A stretch of 64,000 bases of DNA from Neodothiora populina (lineage: Eukaryota), in assembly GCF_041146345.1 (NCBI RefSeq), contig NW_027191409.1, positions 124,001 through 188,000 on the forward strand, in the 5' to 3' direction. Every line of letters begins with the position of its first letter. The first letter of the stretch is position 1. The position numbers and the translations under genes were made by a program. This document shows, piece by piece, positions 26,034 to 38,300 of the stretch. The notes beneath the pieces were generated by a model that was not told where the DNA came from, ran no database searches, and worked only from the letters and a program-made list of their open reading frames with translations.

Positions 26034-27372
26034 ATGTCTTCTTCGGCACGGCAAAGCCTGAGACCTCTGGTCAACTCCGTACGATGTCTGCGCCAGGAAG
26101 GCCAGTCCTTCGTCCTTCCCATCCGCGCCTTCTCCTCCTCATCTGCACAAAGTGAGGCAGCGGCGGTGGAACAGTCCACTGCACAGTCCACACCCGGCCT
26201 TCTCGATCCCAATCTTGTCTACACCGCAAAGGCAGAGAGAAAGCTCCTCCAGACACAGCGCAAGACCCCCATTGGCTCACGACGACGACGTGCCGCCCTG
26301 CAGTCCAGCAACAACATCCCCTTCGAACAACTACCCTACCAATGCTTCCAGGAAGCCCGAAAGATCCTCGGCGAGGATCGCGAGGAGAAGCTCAAGCAGA
26401 TCGAGGTGCAGAGGGCGCGCATTGCTCGCTTGACGGCACAGCAAGTCAGCCCGCAGGATGAGCGTCAGAGGGAGCACCGTCTTGCCAGCATGCAGCGCCA
26501 CCTGCAAGAACTGAAGATTCTGGCCGACATCAACGACCCTATCGTCAAGAAGAGATTCGAGGATGGACAAGGTATGTCCACTCGGCGCATGGGGAGCATT
26601 TGGTGGTAGCGCTGAGGCACAAGAGTATCGCTGACAAGTCTTTCCCAAAGGTGACATGAACAAGCCCATCTACCGCTTCCTCGCAGACAAGGAGTGGCGC
26701 AAGTACAAGCGCAACCTGGCCATCCAACGAATTACACAGATGAACGTCGTCCCGGATGTCCTTCCTGCCATCGACATCGTTGCCAATGTCGACCTCTCCT
26801 TCGGCAACCGCGCCGTCCAGCCTGGTGAATTCGTCGATTCGCGCGTCAGCGAGATCCCCGCCCGTCTCAAGATCCAGGTCTACAACAAGGGAGAGCGATA
26901 CGTCACCATCGCAGTCGTGAATCCCGACGTTCCAGATGTTGCAAAGGATGGTTTCGGCTACAGGTGCCATTTCCTTGCCTCCAACATCAACATCTCTCCC
27001 ACCTCAGGTAGCGTGCCTTTGTCGCAGCTTGCCCGAGACTCCCAAGTCATTCTGCCTTGGTTACCCGCATTCACACAAAAGGGCGCTCCTTACCAGCGCA
27101 TGTCCGTCTTTGTGCTCGAGCAACAACAAGGCCAGATCATCGATGTCAAGGCTGCGACCGAGAAAGTCGAGCGCGAGGGATTCAAGCTCAGGGGATTTGT
27201 CGATAGATACACCTTGAAGCCCGTTGGTGCCAACCTGTTCAGAAGTCAGTACGATGAGGGTACCGCTGGCGTTATGCAAAGGGCGGGTATCCCTGGTCAC
27301 GACGTCGAGTTCAAGAGGATGAAGGTCGAGCCTTTGCCCTACAAGAAATTGCCTGGCAGCAGGTACAGGTAG
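26034..27372 (+). CDS. MRPL35: Mitochondrial ribosomal protein mL38, PEBP-like domain (intron 26572-26650)
   Basis: IGSRRRRAA, FEQLPYQCFQEARK, GDMNKPIYR, VVPDVL, VNPDVPD, QKGAPYQR. Confidence 0.92.
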
Positions 27373-27687
27373 ACGGATCTTGGTCACGTATGTATTATCT
27401 GTATATTATATCCCTGCACTTCACATCACGCACCACTTGTCTCTGTACTGTCCTCGTAGCATCGAAGTGGCTTGCCGACTTGTGCAATTATCCAGCCATA
27501 AACGTTCGAACGCCTATGAAATTTGGCGACTGCCAATGGAGTCGACCTTGCGCTCCTGCCTACTCGAGTCCGCCAACTTATGAATTATTTTTGGTGAAAG
27601 AAGACCAGTGAAAAACAAAAGGAGAGAAGCTTCTTACCTTATTTTAATGCTTTGCCATAAGGAGTACTGTATCCGTCCATCTTTCCA

Positions 27688-29412
27688 ATGGTCTGTTCAT
27701 CTGCGCCGTATTGCCTACCGTTCATTAATTGCTCCTATGCCGTCAACATCTTGGTGAAACGCACTCATTATGTCTCGGCCAACTCACTTTCAGTTCGCAC
27801 TTGCGCGCGCAGTGGTCAGAAGCAAGCCAGACGGAGTTTCCATGACAGGCAATCAATTTTTCACCACCGACCGGAGGTTCCCATACTGACATTCAGTAGA
27901 ACACCTTGATACTATCCGTCGAAGCTACAAACGCGACAAGGAAGGAGTCCAAGCATATCATGAATTGCACCAAGATTACTACTGGCAACATGAATATAGC
28001 CGCCTCAAAGCAGAGCATCAAGCAGCATTGGAGCAATTGGAGCTGGAGAGAAACAGTACCTTCTCTCTGCGCCAACAACTTGAGGAGTCGAGGTCTAGGG
28101 CTCCCGATACCCATGCCACTATCAGCTCTGCCAACAGCTCTGTCAAACGTAAACGTACTCGTGAAGCGCGGACCGTATCGAAAAGACAGAGAGAATTTGA
28201 CAGATCCGTCACTGCAACACCAGTCTCCTTCAGACTGGATGCAGACGCTCTCAGCGATAGCCAGCCAGGGAAGAAAACATGCAGGCACTTGCTATTTACG
28301 ATTGCTGACAAGTTCACACAGGTCTCAAGGCACTAAGACACCAGTATAATCTACACAAGATGCTTACCGGAAGCATGGCCTATGGAGCTACAGCTGGAAC
28401 GCTTGTCCTACATATATCAGGCACAGCGCAAGCCCTGTCTTCCGTCATCAGAGATCTGGCAGCCCCAACATGTCCGAGCAGCAGAGTCCGGAGCAAGACA
28501 CTCGCGACAGAGTCTGGGGTCTCGAAAGTAGTTCGAGCCGTTGCTAGAGCTTTTAGCACTCTGATGTACGCGCTAAAGCGGCTTTTCGACATGTCGCAAG
28601 ATGAGCAATTGAGAAATGACACCACGTGTCACTGTGTCATGTTCTTCGACTCCCTCCTCACTGAGATTGAGCATGTAGCAACATATGAAGCAGAAGCACA
28701 ATCGGCAGAAAACCCACCCCAGAAACCTGGGTGTGAGCAGCGCGTACAGGATAACAGCGATACTATCCCTCGAAATGTCCACACATACCTCATCTCGCAA
28801 CTCACGAATCTAATCCTGGCCATACTCGATCATATGAATACCGAAACGCCAAGCAGCAAGCAATTACTGGAAGGTCTCCTCTACTTCCTCTTCGTCCGTC
28901 TCGGCGAAATAGAGCATGTGATTGCATTTTCCGGGCCAAAGTATGATGGGAAACAAGACGAATTACGAAATCTACCTCCTTCGGATGATGAAACTCGACG
29001 CGACCACGTCCGTCGATTAGAGAGGCGAGCAATGACTACAGAAGCTCCATACATGCTTGCTATCCTGCGGAAAGCACTCAAGGTTGTTCCGGAGGAATTT
29101 CTCGATACTAACGGTAATAAAGAGGGAAAGTCTCGGAAACACCGTCTTACATCAGTGGCACTGAGAAGGCTGCAACGCACTTTGATCGATTGCATCATGG
29201 GACCCGGAACGAGAGGAGACGCCGCATCTGCCGATGTTTTGAAAATGCCGATACTCATAGGCCAAGAGATGTCTTTTTCAATCAATTCTGTAGATAGCCA
29301 CGCCTCAGGACAAGCTACTGACACCGCCGTAGAGGCCAAGGAAGAATGGTTTGAGAAGGAGCTGTGGGCGACCATCGGGTGGGAAATCCTTGGGAGAGAA
29401 GAGGAATTGTAA
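27688..29412 (+). CDS. Uncharacterised fungal protein, N-terminal coiled coil and helical C-terminus; exon structure approximate
   Basis: Coding-like ORFs 27965-28336 and 28360-29412 ending ELWATIGWEIL. TACTGAC branch site with acceptor at about 27899 and a GTCAGA donor at 27815 join upstream ORF 27688 in frame. Confidence 0.6.
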
Positions 29413-30041
29413 GAGGACATTCTTTTGACTGAACGAAGTAGTGCATAATGTATGATAAAAAGTGGGAGACATCAAAAAGTCGAGCAAATCACAAAATGGT
29501 GAATCTCTCTTCTAGACTCTATTGTACCGACTGACCGCTACCTGTACCATGATGCGTGTAGGAATGAGCAGTATGAGGAAGGACCGAGGTTCATCAGGAG
29601 ATCAACCTGAATACTGACTGTGGTCGGGGCAACCCTGTCCGAGGATGACTTGGGACAGTCGCCCACATCTCACTATACTCGAGAATCCATTGCCAGTCAG
29701 TCGATATAGACACGACTCGCCGATGTAAGAAGACAACTAGTGAACAGGAGGTATGAAACATTAATCACCATATCAGACATGCGATGAAGCACAGGATTGC
29801 GGACAAGTTCGGGAATGCCAAGACATCTGGTCGTGACGTCTTCAGTATGGCGGAGCTCCAGCCTCACTGGCCGTGGACCTTTCTTACCTTCTATTGTACT
29901 CATATAGAAGTAAACACATTCCCGCTTTACAGCACCCAGTGTCTCCCCTGATTCACCATTAGACGGTCATCTCCTCGGTATCCATGAAACACGCTTAGAG
30001 CTTGCGTTTGCGTACATTCGAATAGCTAGACACACACCACC

Positions 30042-31139
30042 ATGGAGTCCGCAAGGAAGACGTGGGGTAATTGCCCAACCAGCCCTCCCATCGACAACCA
30101 TTATTGTTACTGATAGGTCACAGAACTGGACAATGCCGTACGACTAGTAGACCCACAGCGAGATGCACTCTACTCATATTCCGGAATCGAGCAAAAGGAG
30201 ATAATGAACAGACACCCGTGGCGAAGCGACCCTCATCACTTCAAGCATGTGCGAATCAGCGCAGTCGCGCTGCTCAAGATGGTCATGCATGCGCGGTCTG
30301 GAGGAAGCATCGAAGTCATGGGTCTCATGATCGGCTATGTGCAACACGAGACGTTCATCGTCACAGATGCGATTCGTCTACCTGTGGAAGGCACAGAAAC
30401 CAGAGTCAACGCTCACACCGAGGCCGATGAATATATTGTCAAGTTCATGGAAGACTCACGAAAGGCGGGCCAGATGGAGAACGCGGTGGGATGGTATCAC
30501 AGTCACCCTGGCTATGGATGCTGGCTCAGTGGAATCGATGTCGGCACACAGAACACGCATCAGACCTGGCAGGATCCCTTTGTTGCAGTCGTGATAGATC
30601 CGGACAGGACCATCAGTGCGGGAAAGGTGGAGATTGGAGCATTCAGAACATACCCTGAGGGCTACAAACCAGAAGGACAAGAGAGCGCAGGAGAAGGCAT
30701 GGCAGCAGTACCCCTGGCCAAGGCTGCCGACTTTGGCGCACACGCGAACAGATACTACCCTCTTGAAGTCTCGCACTTCAAGTCGTCGCTCGATAACACT
30801 TTACTGGAGGCACTGTGGAACAAATACTGGGTGCAGACATTATCATCATCGCCACTCTTCACCAACCGAGCCTACGTCACATCCCAGATGCAGGATCTGG
30901 CGAGCAAGCTGGAGCAGGTCAGCCAGACGACGCGACTGAAGGGCGGACTACAAATGCGCCCTGGCACAAAGACCGATAACGGCATGGACAAGATTGTAAA
31001 GGCCGCAGAGAAGATTGCCAGCGAGGAAAAGACTGGTCTTCTCGCGGCTCAAGTCAAGGAAAGATTGTTCTCTACAGGCGGTACAATTCGTGATGGAGAG
31101 GACGTTGCGATGCAGATGCAAGAGGTCAAGCAAGGCTGA
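30042..31139 (+). CDS. CSN5: COP9 signalosome subunit 5, JAMM deneddylase (intron 30067-30123)
   Basis: ISAVALLKMVMHARSGGSIEVMGLM, LPVEGTETRVNA, JAMM motif HSHPGYGCWLSGID, LWNKYW. Confidence 0.96.
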
Positions 31140-32305
31140 GGCGGACAGGGGGAGTTTGAAGGTACGGTGCACGGTACTTTAGAGTTGCATATCATGGCGT
31201 TCGGCGTACCTTACCGACGGAAGTTGTAGTACATCATGACAGGTACTCATGAGAACAGCGAAAGGGCGATGTGAACGCAGCCATGCGGTAGTCTTGTACG
31301 TACAGCTTGTGAGATGGAAGGCCTTAAACTGGACATGCAGGTCCAGTACCATGCAGAGCTCTCCTTTCTCATCTCTGAACCGACGAGCGGGTGGCCCTAT
31401 ACGATGAAAACTCCTCGATCGTACTCAGAATTCGGACAGTCTTATGATCTTTAAACTCAAGATGTCTTGTCAAGCTTTCTGCGACGCACGAAGCTTCGCT
31501 GCGGTGCAGACGAGAACGGCAACGATCTCCTTGGCGCCCCGGATCGCAGCGGGACGTGCTCATGCGATCACAGATTGCTACGGTACTGTACAAGTAAGGC
31601 ACCATACCTTACTGTATGAAGGAGCTGTGGATACCTTACCTGACTAAAGTATTGTCCCACGATTGTGGTTCGTTCTAGCCTTTGAGGTATCAGACAGCAT
31701 GAGAAAACGTCACACTGCACCCTAAGTCCGCGCATCAAGACGTATTCGCACTGCAATACGGATTATATTGCTCACTAAGTCCGAGTTTTAGTCCTACCTC
31801 AAGGTACTTGAGCCGCAAGTTCGAGAATGACAGAATGGTGGGCCAGCTTTCCGTGTGAAGATCCCCCTCCACTCCTTAACTGTGCGACGTGCATGCTCGT
31901 GCTCGCTCGTGCATGGAAATTTCCCTGAGCTGCTCCCTTCTCCATCTAGCTAATTGTCATTTCTCTTTCCCATACCGCAAAGAACAAATGCACGGGCGAT
32001 TTGCGCATTCTGTAGCACAACGAAGATGAGCGATAGCCCTCTCGTCATCTCACTCGCCAGTGCAGGCCTCGAGGCCGTCGTCCGTGTGGCACGAGGCGAT
32101 TAATATACTTGTACAGCATCCGGGAACCCTGAACGACCCCACCGAACACATTGGCCTGATACTACGGGATCGCCGTTGTATTGCTGTCCCTTTCCCTCTA
32201 GTTGGCGTGAGAATATATATACCGCAAGTGCCAAATACTAGACAAAAAACCCACCCCTCCCCATCGTCAGGCCAATTGATGGCAGCCTGACGCGTCCACG
32301 CTACA

Positions 32306-35300
32306 ATGCCTCTCCCGACGGTTTCCTTTCTTGTTGGACTCGTCGTCACCGCCTACCTCGGCACCTTTGTATTGTTCGCCCTGCTCCGTATAGTCACGGG
32401 CATAAGCATCCAGCGCGTGGGATACAGTGGCTTCCGGAGGATTGCCTTTTCTCCGAGTCATGGTGTCAGAATCCACGTCCGCGGCATTGGCCTGTCCGTC
32501 CATCGCCCTACGTTCGCGCAACCGACATGGTTCAGTCTGAACATCACGGAGCCAGAGATTGTGCTGGATCTGCGAGAGTTGAGTGCCCCTCGCAAGGCTC
32601 GAGCCAGCCGATCCGCTCCGAAAGATCATGCTTCGGGAAACGACCTGGCCAGCAAATGGGAGAAATTGACGGCCGCAAAAGAGAAGGTCAAGAAACTGCA
32701 CCGGCAGGTGAAATGGATAAAGCACGTCGACCTGGTGGTCATAGGCGCGCGCATCAAGGTCCAAGAGATTGGAAGTGTTGGCATTGAGAGACTCACTCTG
32801 GCGGTGGACACTCGCGCGAAATTGGTGGATCGCAGTCGGCTGTTCCAGCATCACAAGGCCCAGCTGGACACTCAGACACCGGCGGAATGGAAGAGCATAA
32901 TAAGGAGCATCTCCTTCACCCCTGAGGGCAGGGACTCGACGGAGATTTTGGATTACTGCACCTTCAGTGTTCACGGCTTCTTGCACCTTCGCCTGGACGG
33001 CCTTCGAGACGCATCGATATCCCTCAAGCTCGGCAGATTGACCGTACCCTACGACGACATCATCGCCACCACCGACAAGGTCAAGATCGTCCGCCATAAA
33101 GCCAACCCTTCGCGAGCAGAGCCGCCGACCATTACCATAAACGACCAACGAGTGGAAGAAACAGCCACACTGGACGATCGACTCGTCGAGACGGTGGCTG
33201 GCTCACAGGAGTTCGTGAGCTCCATAATCAGGGGAATCCAGGAGGTACAGCTCGCAGTCGGCTTCCTGGGCTTCTCGCAGCGTTTACACGTGCCGCAATC
33301 CAAAAATTGCGAGGTCTACTTCCATCTGGCCATGAAAGAGGTCGGTCTGGATGTCACCCGTCTCGACTCGAGAAGCCCGGCGCATCGAATGTACTTTTCT
33401 CCCAAGGATGTGGCGCATCAAGCCCTTTTGACCGCCATCTCCATCTCTGCAGGCATCGATGATGGTCACGACCATCCCGAGCGAGTCTTGTATGTGCCAA
33501 TGATCACGGCGACCGTCAAGACAACCTTGCCTTCCAAGACGCTGCATTACGATGACGAGACCGATGCGAGCGAACGGAACAGCAATATCCTGTTCGCCAA
33601 TTTTGTGTGCACATCGCCTTCCCTCGATCTGGATCCCAAGCATTTACCCGTGCTGATGAATCTTGCGAAATCGAATCGTCCCCCCAAGAGCAACGCGCCA
33701 AAGTCCTCGGTCACTCCGGGTGGCCTTGTCTCTCGTCTTTTGCCCCGAGCGATCATCAAAATGGCTATTCAGGAACCCGTGGTGCGAGTCTCACTACCGC
33801 CGCTCAATCCAGCATCAGACTCTGATGCAGACTTCGATCTGCTCATCTCGTCTACGTCTACAATGGCGCTAGATATCGAAGCTTCACACTCTGGGGATGC
33901 CGAGGCTCGATACAGCTTGCTCGTTAATTATAGACAGTCTTCGCTCTCATTATATTACCAATCCAACGCTGGCGAAAAGCACGATCTTCTCCTGGCAGAT
34001 ACTGTAGAAGTCAAGTTCGACGTCAATGCCTTACCTGTCACGACTGTGCATGCCTCCGCCAGGTTCCAAAGCTTCTCGCTCTTCCTTGTGCGCCCTGAGA
34101 TCTCTGAGGGTATCCGAGAAATCATGAAGGCATTGAAAAAGGAGGCTGCGACAGCGTCAGAACCGCATAGCACCAAAAAGCCGAGCTTTCTTCGACAAGT
34201 TCCCTCCTGGCTCGAGCACGTAAATCTGCAGGGTTCGGATTTCAATTTTGAGCTTGCCGGCATTGACACGCACGTTTCGAAATACTCTAGAGGATTCGCT
34301 CTACAGCTTGAGAGCTGGTCTGCAGAGTACAAAGCTCATCGGGACGATGTGTTCGAGTACGTTTCTCGTCGGCGCTCGAGATCGTTCAGTAGATCTCTCT
34401 CAAGAAGCAGGGAGGAGCGCTCCCTCACGCCAAACGATCTGCAGCCAAAGCGGAAACCAGTCAATCCCACCGACGGAAGGCGTCTGGCAATCCACTTACA
34501 AGGGTTGGAAGGTCTTATCATTGATTCTGTACCAGACTCCGCCGCGGAGAACTTTGTTACCTTACCCAAGTTTGAGCTCGCCTTCTCCACGTCGACGGAT
34601 CCACAGGGCCCCTTGTTCCACATCAACAGCCATGCAAAGAGCCTGCAGATCCAGTATTCCGTATACAATCACTTTGCCTTGGGTGTCGCCATCCTGACCT
34701 TCCGAAGAATGTTCCTCACATTAGGCTCGACCCAGACGGAACACCAACGGAAAGAGCATGGCTACAGCAAAACAACGCCTCCCACTGCGGATGAGGAGAA
34801 GCCTAAGCCGACATTCAACGAGGTCGTGACTGTGGATTTCAAAGCAAACCTTCTACAGTTCAAGGCAAAGATGCCCTCCGACCCGCCGTTGATGGTACAG
34901 ATCTTCGGTCTCCATGCTGGCCGTCATCGATGGGCGAATCCATTTGTTCGCAGCAAGGTTGTCCGCTTGTACTCTGGAACTCCAGGTATGCTGCAGGTTT
35001 GGAGTCGTATAGTCAGTCTGAAGAACCTGCGGCTCGATTTGCGTGAGATGCGATACAAGTCTCACAACAAACACATTATAGAAGAAAAGTCGATTGATGT
35101 CAGCACTGACGCCATTCGTCTGGGTGTGCCCCATGGTCTTGTACTTCACTCGATCTTCGACAATATCATCAACGTTGTCAAAACAACCGAGCAGATGCAT
35201 CATCACTTCAAGACGGGGAGTGAAGAATACATTCTGTCAAAACACCCCGAAGGTCCAAAGAAAGTGCCGAGGATATCCGTCCGCAGCCAGGTGGTGGTGT

Positions 35301-38300
35301 TCGAGATTGAAGACAGTCCCTTCGAGTGGAAACTCGGCACCATCTACCGCTCGGGACTCATTGAGCAGCAGCAACGCATCGCCCGAGCAGAGGCCTTCCG
35401 TCTGAAGGTCAAGAGAATGGAGAGTATCAGGCAGCAAAGAGCAAGCTCACGGCCAAGGACGTCTTCAGCTCAGCCATCTTCGCGTAGCCGCAGTCAGTCC
35501 AGACGTGGTAGTGCCGGCGTCAGACGCAGTAAGAGCTTGCATGCGACTATCCGAGAAGAATCTCCAGACGACCACCGCGGACGTGGTCGTAAGATGCGTT
35601 ACGATGCCGAAGGCAAATGCGACATGAGCGGGGCATGTCACATCAGCGTGGAGAAGGCCGAAGAGAGACTGCAGCGGTTCAACGCGGACAGCTGGAAGAA
35701 GCGTATTGACAGAGCTATAAGCCAACAGAACCACATCATGAAAGACCTTCGCGGTATCTTGTGGGGCATTGACGATCTCCCGGAAGAGGCTGAACAGACT
35801 GAGCCTATTGTCGCTATCCCTCAACGTCCGGCACTCATGGCAGCAGTGATCAGTGATCTTGGAATTGTTATTGACAAACCTTCCTTCCCGATGTCAGACC
35901 TTTCCAAATTCTTGCACGATATAGGAAAGGGCATGCCAATGGATACCCAATACGGTCTTTTAGTTCCGATGCATCTCAAGGTGACCATGGGCGAGACTCG
36001 GCTCTCACTTCGCGACTACCCTCTGCCTTTCTTGCATGTTCCAGCTACGCGCATGGGTCAGTCACCTCGTCTTCCTAGTCTGCAACTCGACACAGATTTT
36101 GTCATCGCCGAAGAGTTTCAGGGCATAGAATCGCAGCGCCACATCAATGTGGTCATATGCCCTGAGGACAAGTTAGGCGAGGACGACATTGCCAAACGCT
36201 TCGCCATCGATGTGCGTCGCACTATCTCTGCAATCAAAACATACTCGGACATGAAATTCGAGATCAACACAAGCTCACCAACGAGAATTACGTGGGGTAC
36301 CTCTTATCAACCGGCAATACAAGACATGATGCAAGTGATCGAGAATTTTACCAAGCCACCAATGGATCCCTCGGAGCGAGTCGGTTTCTGGGATAAGATC
36401 CGTCTAAGCTTTCACTCGCGGATCGACGTTGCATGGAAGGGCGACGGCGATGTTCATCTGAACCTCAAAGGATCTCGCAGTCCCTATGTCGTCACCGGCA
36501 ACGGAGCAGGTTTCGTCATGGTATGGAGGAATAATGTTCGCTTCAGGATAGCTCAAGACGAGGACCCTCGCAAGTTCATGACTGTCGACAGTGGAGAATA
36601 TTTGCTTGCTGTTCCTGACTTTAATACTTTCGCAAGACAGTTCTCCGAAGAGGAGGACATAGACGCCAATGGTACTGCCAGTACTACTACGGCCGGCTCG
36701 ACTGCTTCGTTCAAGAAAGTCGTCATGAAACTTTCTGGAAATGTGCGATGGATGGCTGGCCTGATGTTCGAGCGAAACTTGGACGACGGCAAGAGGACAT
36801 TCAATTTCTGTCCTCATTACAAGGTTGTTCTCAAACATCCAGATTATGCCAAGCCACCTCCTGGACACGACACATTCGACGCATTCCGTACCTTCCGCAG
36901 TCATCACATCCATATGTCTATTGCTGTGGCTGCACCGGTGGATCGTGACTGGAACGTATCGAATCTCAAGCCTTCTCGGAACTACAACTCCGTCCACTTG
37001 ACTCCACGCTTCTTCACGCATTTTTTCGACTGGTGGTCCTTGTTCTCGGGAGTCATGTCACTTCCTGTCCGACAAGGTCCGCTCTGGGGTAATGTCGAGA
37101 AATCAAGCAAGAAGTTCGGCCGCCATCTAGCGACAATCAAGTACAATCTCCTGTTCTCACCTCTTTTCATCAGTCACGTCTACAAGCACAAAGATGCAGA
37201 AGAATATGCCTCGGATGTAGTATCCGCAACTGGTCTCAAGATGAGGTTAGACAGCTTCATGGTGGATCTCCATCAACGACGGGAGACCTTTGAGATTCCG
37301 GGACACGGAGATGCGAAGCCGAAGCGCACCTCGCAAATGAAGATCAATCAATCTCAGCTCGACTTCATCTCTGCTGATATACGCGCTGTTTCTGCCATCA
37401 TCACGGGCACAAACTCCAAGGACATCGACGAAGCCGATGATCTTAGCCTTGCTGCTTATCAGGCTCCACTACGTGCGAAAATCGACATGTCGAAATTCAC
37501 GATTCCTGACAACGACTTTAGTTGGATCGACATGGACGACTTTGTTGAGCTAGACTGGATCCTTCCTGCAGAGTCAAACCCTGAGACCAAGATTCTACCT
37601 CTGACGTTTGGTCCTCGCTTCACCTACTTCCGACAGACTGACCACGGAGACTCTGTGTCGGGTGATCCCACTAGGACCAGTCCTTTCGGTGATGAGCCGA
37701 CGCATTTCTGTGTCATGTCGAAAAAGAACGAGCCGCTCCGAGTACAAGCGGAATTGGTGCAGGCAAGGATTGCTAGAATCGTCGAACAAATCGAGCACAA
37801 CGAACGTGCTGTTCTAGAGCAGGAGATGAAAGTGCTTCACGATCGACACAGTGGTCCATCACTCGAGAGTCTACAGGCTCTTAGAGACCACACTGAAACG
37901 CTGCAGAAGAAGCATACTTTCCTCGAGGAGATGCTGAAGATGATCAAGCGACTCGAAGATGACACACGATCGACCGTGCCAGCGATGGAGTCTCTGGAAG
38001 TCGATCCCGATTTGCAAGATGAGGCGGCTCGACAAGCTCGTGATACCCAGACTAATTCCGGTCTCGAATCCTCAACCGACTTCAATAATCGATTCGTGCT
38101 TCACAATCCTCAGATCAAATGGAATAATCCACTACGAAACATAATACTCCGCTACATACATCAGGTTGGCCAACGGAGAGGGTTCGTGTACTACATGTCT
38201 CGTAGAGCTGTCAAGTTCATTTTGGACATTGTAGAAGAGCGGCAAAGGGCTAAAGAGTCCGAAAAGGGAAAGGAAGTCGACAAGAATGGTAGACCGACGA

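Noticed and set aside
32267..33148. Long antisense ORFs (293 aa here; also 9406-10098, 16422-17084, 20129-20884)
   Set aside because: Shadows of codon-biased real genes on the opposite strand, with no recognisable motifs.
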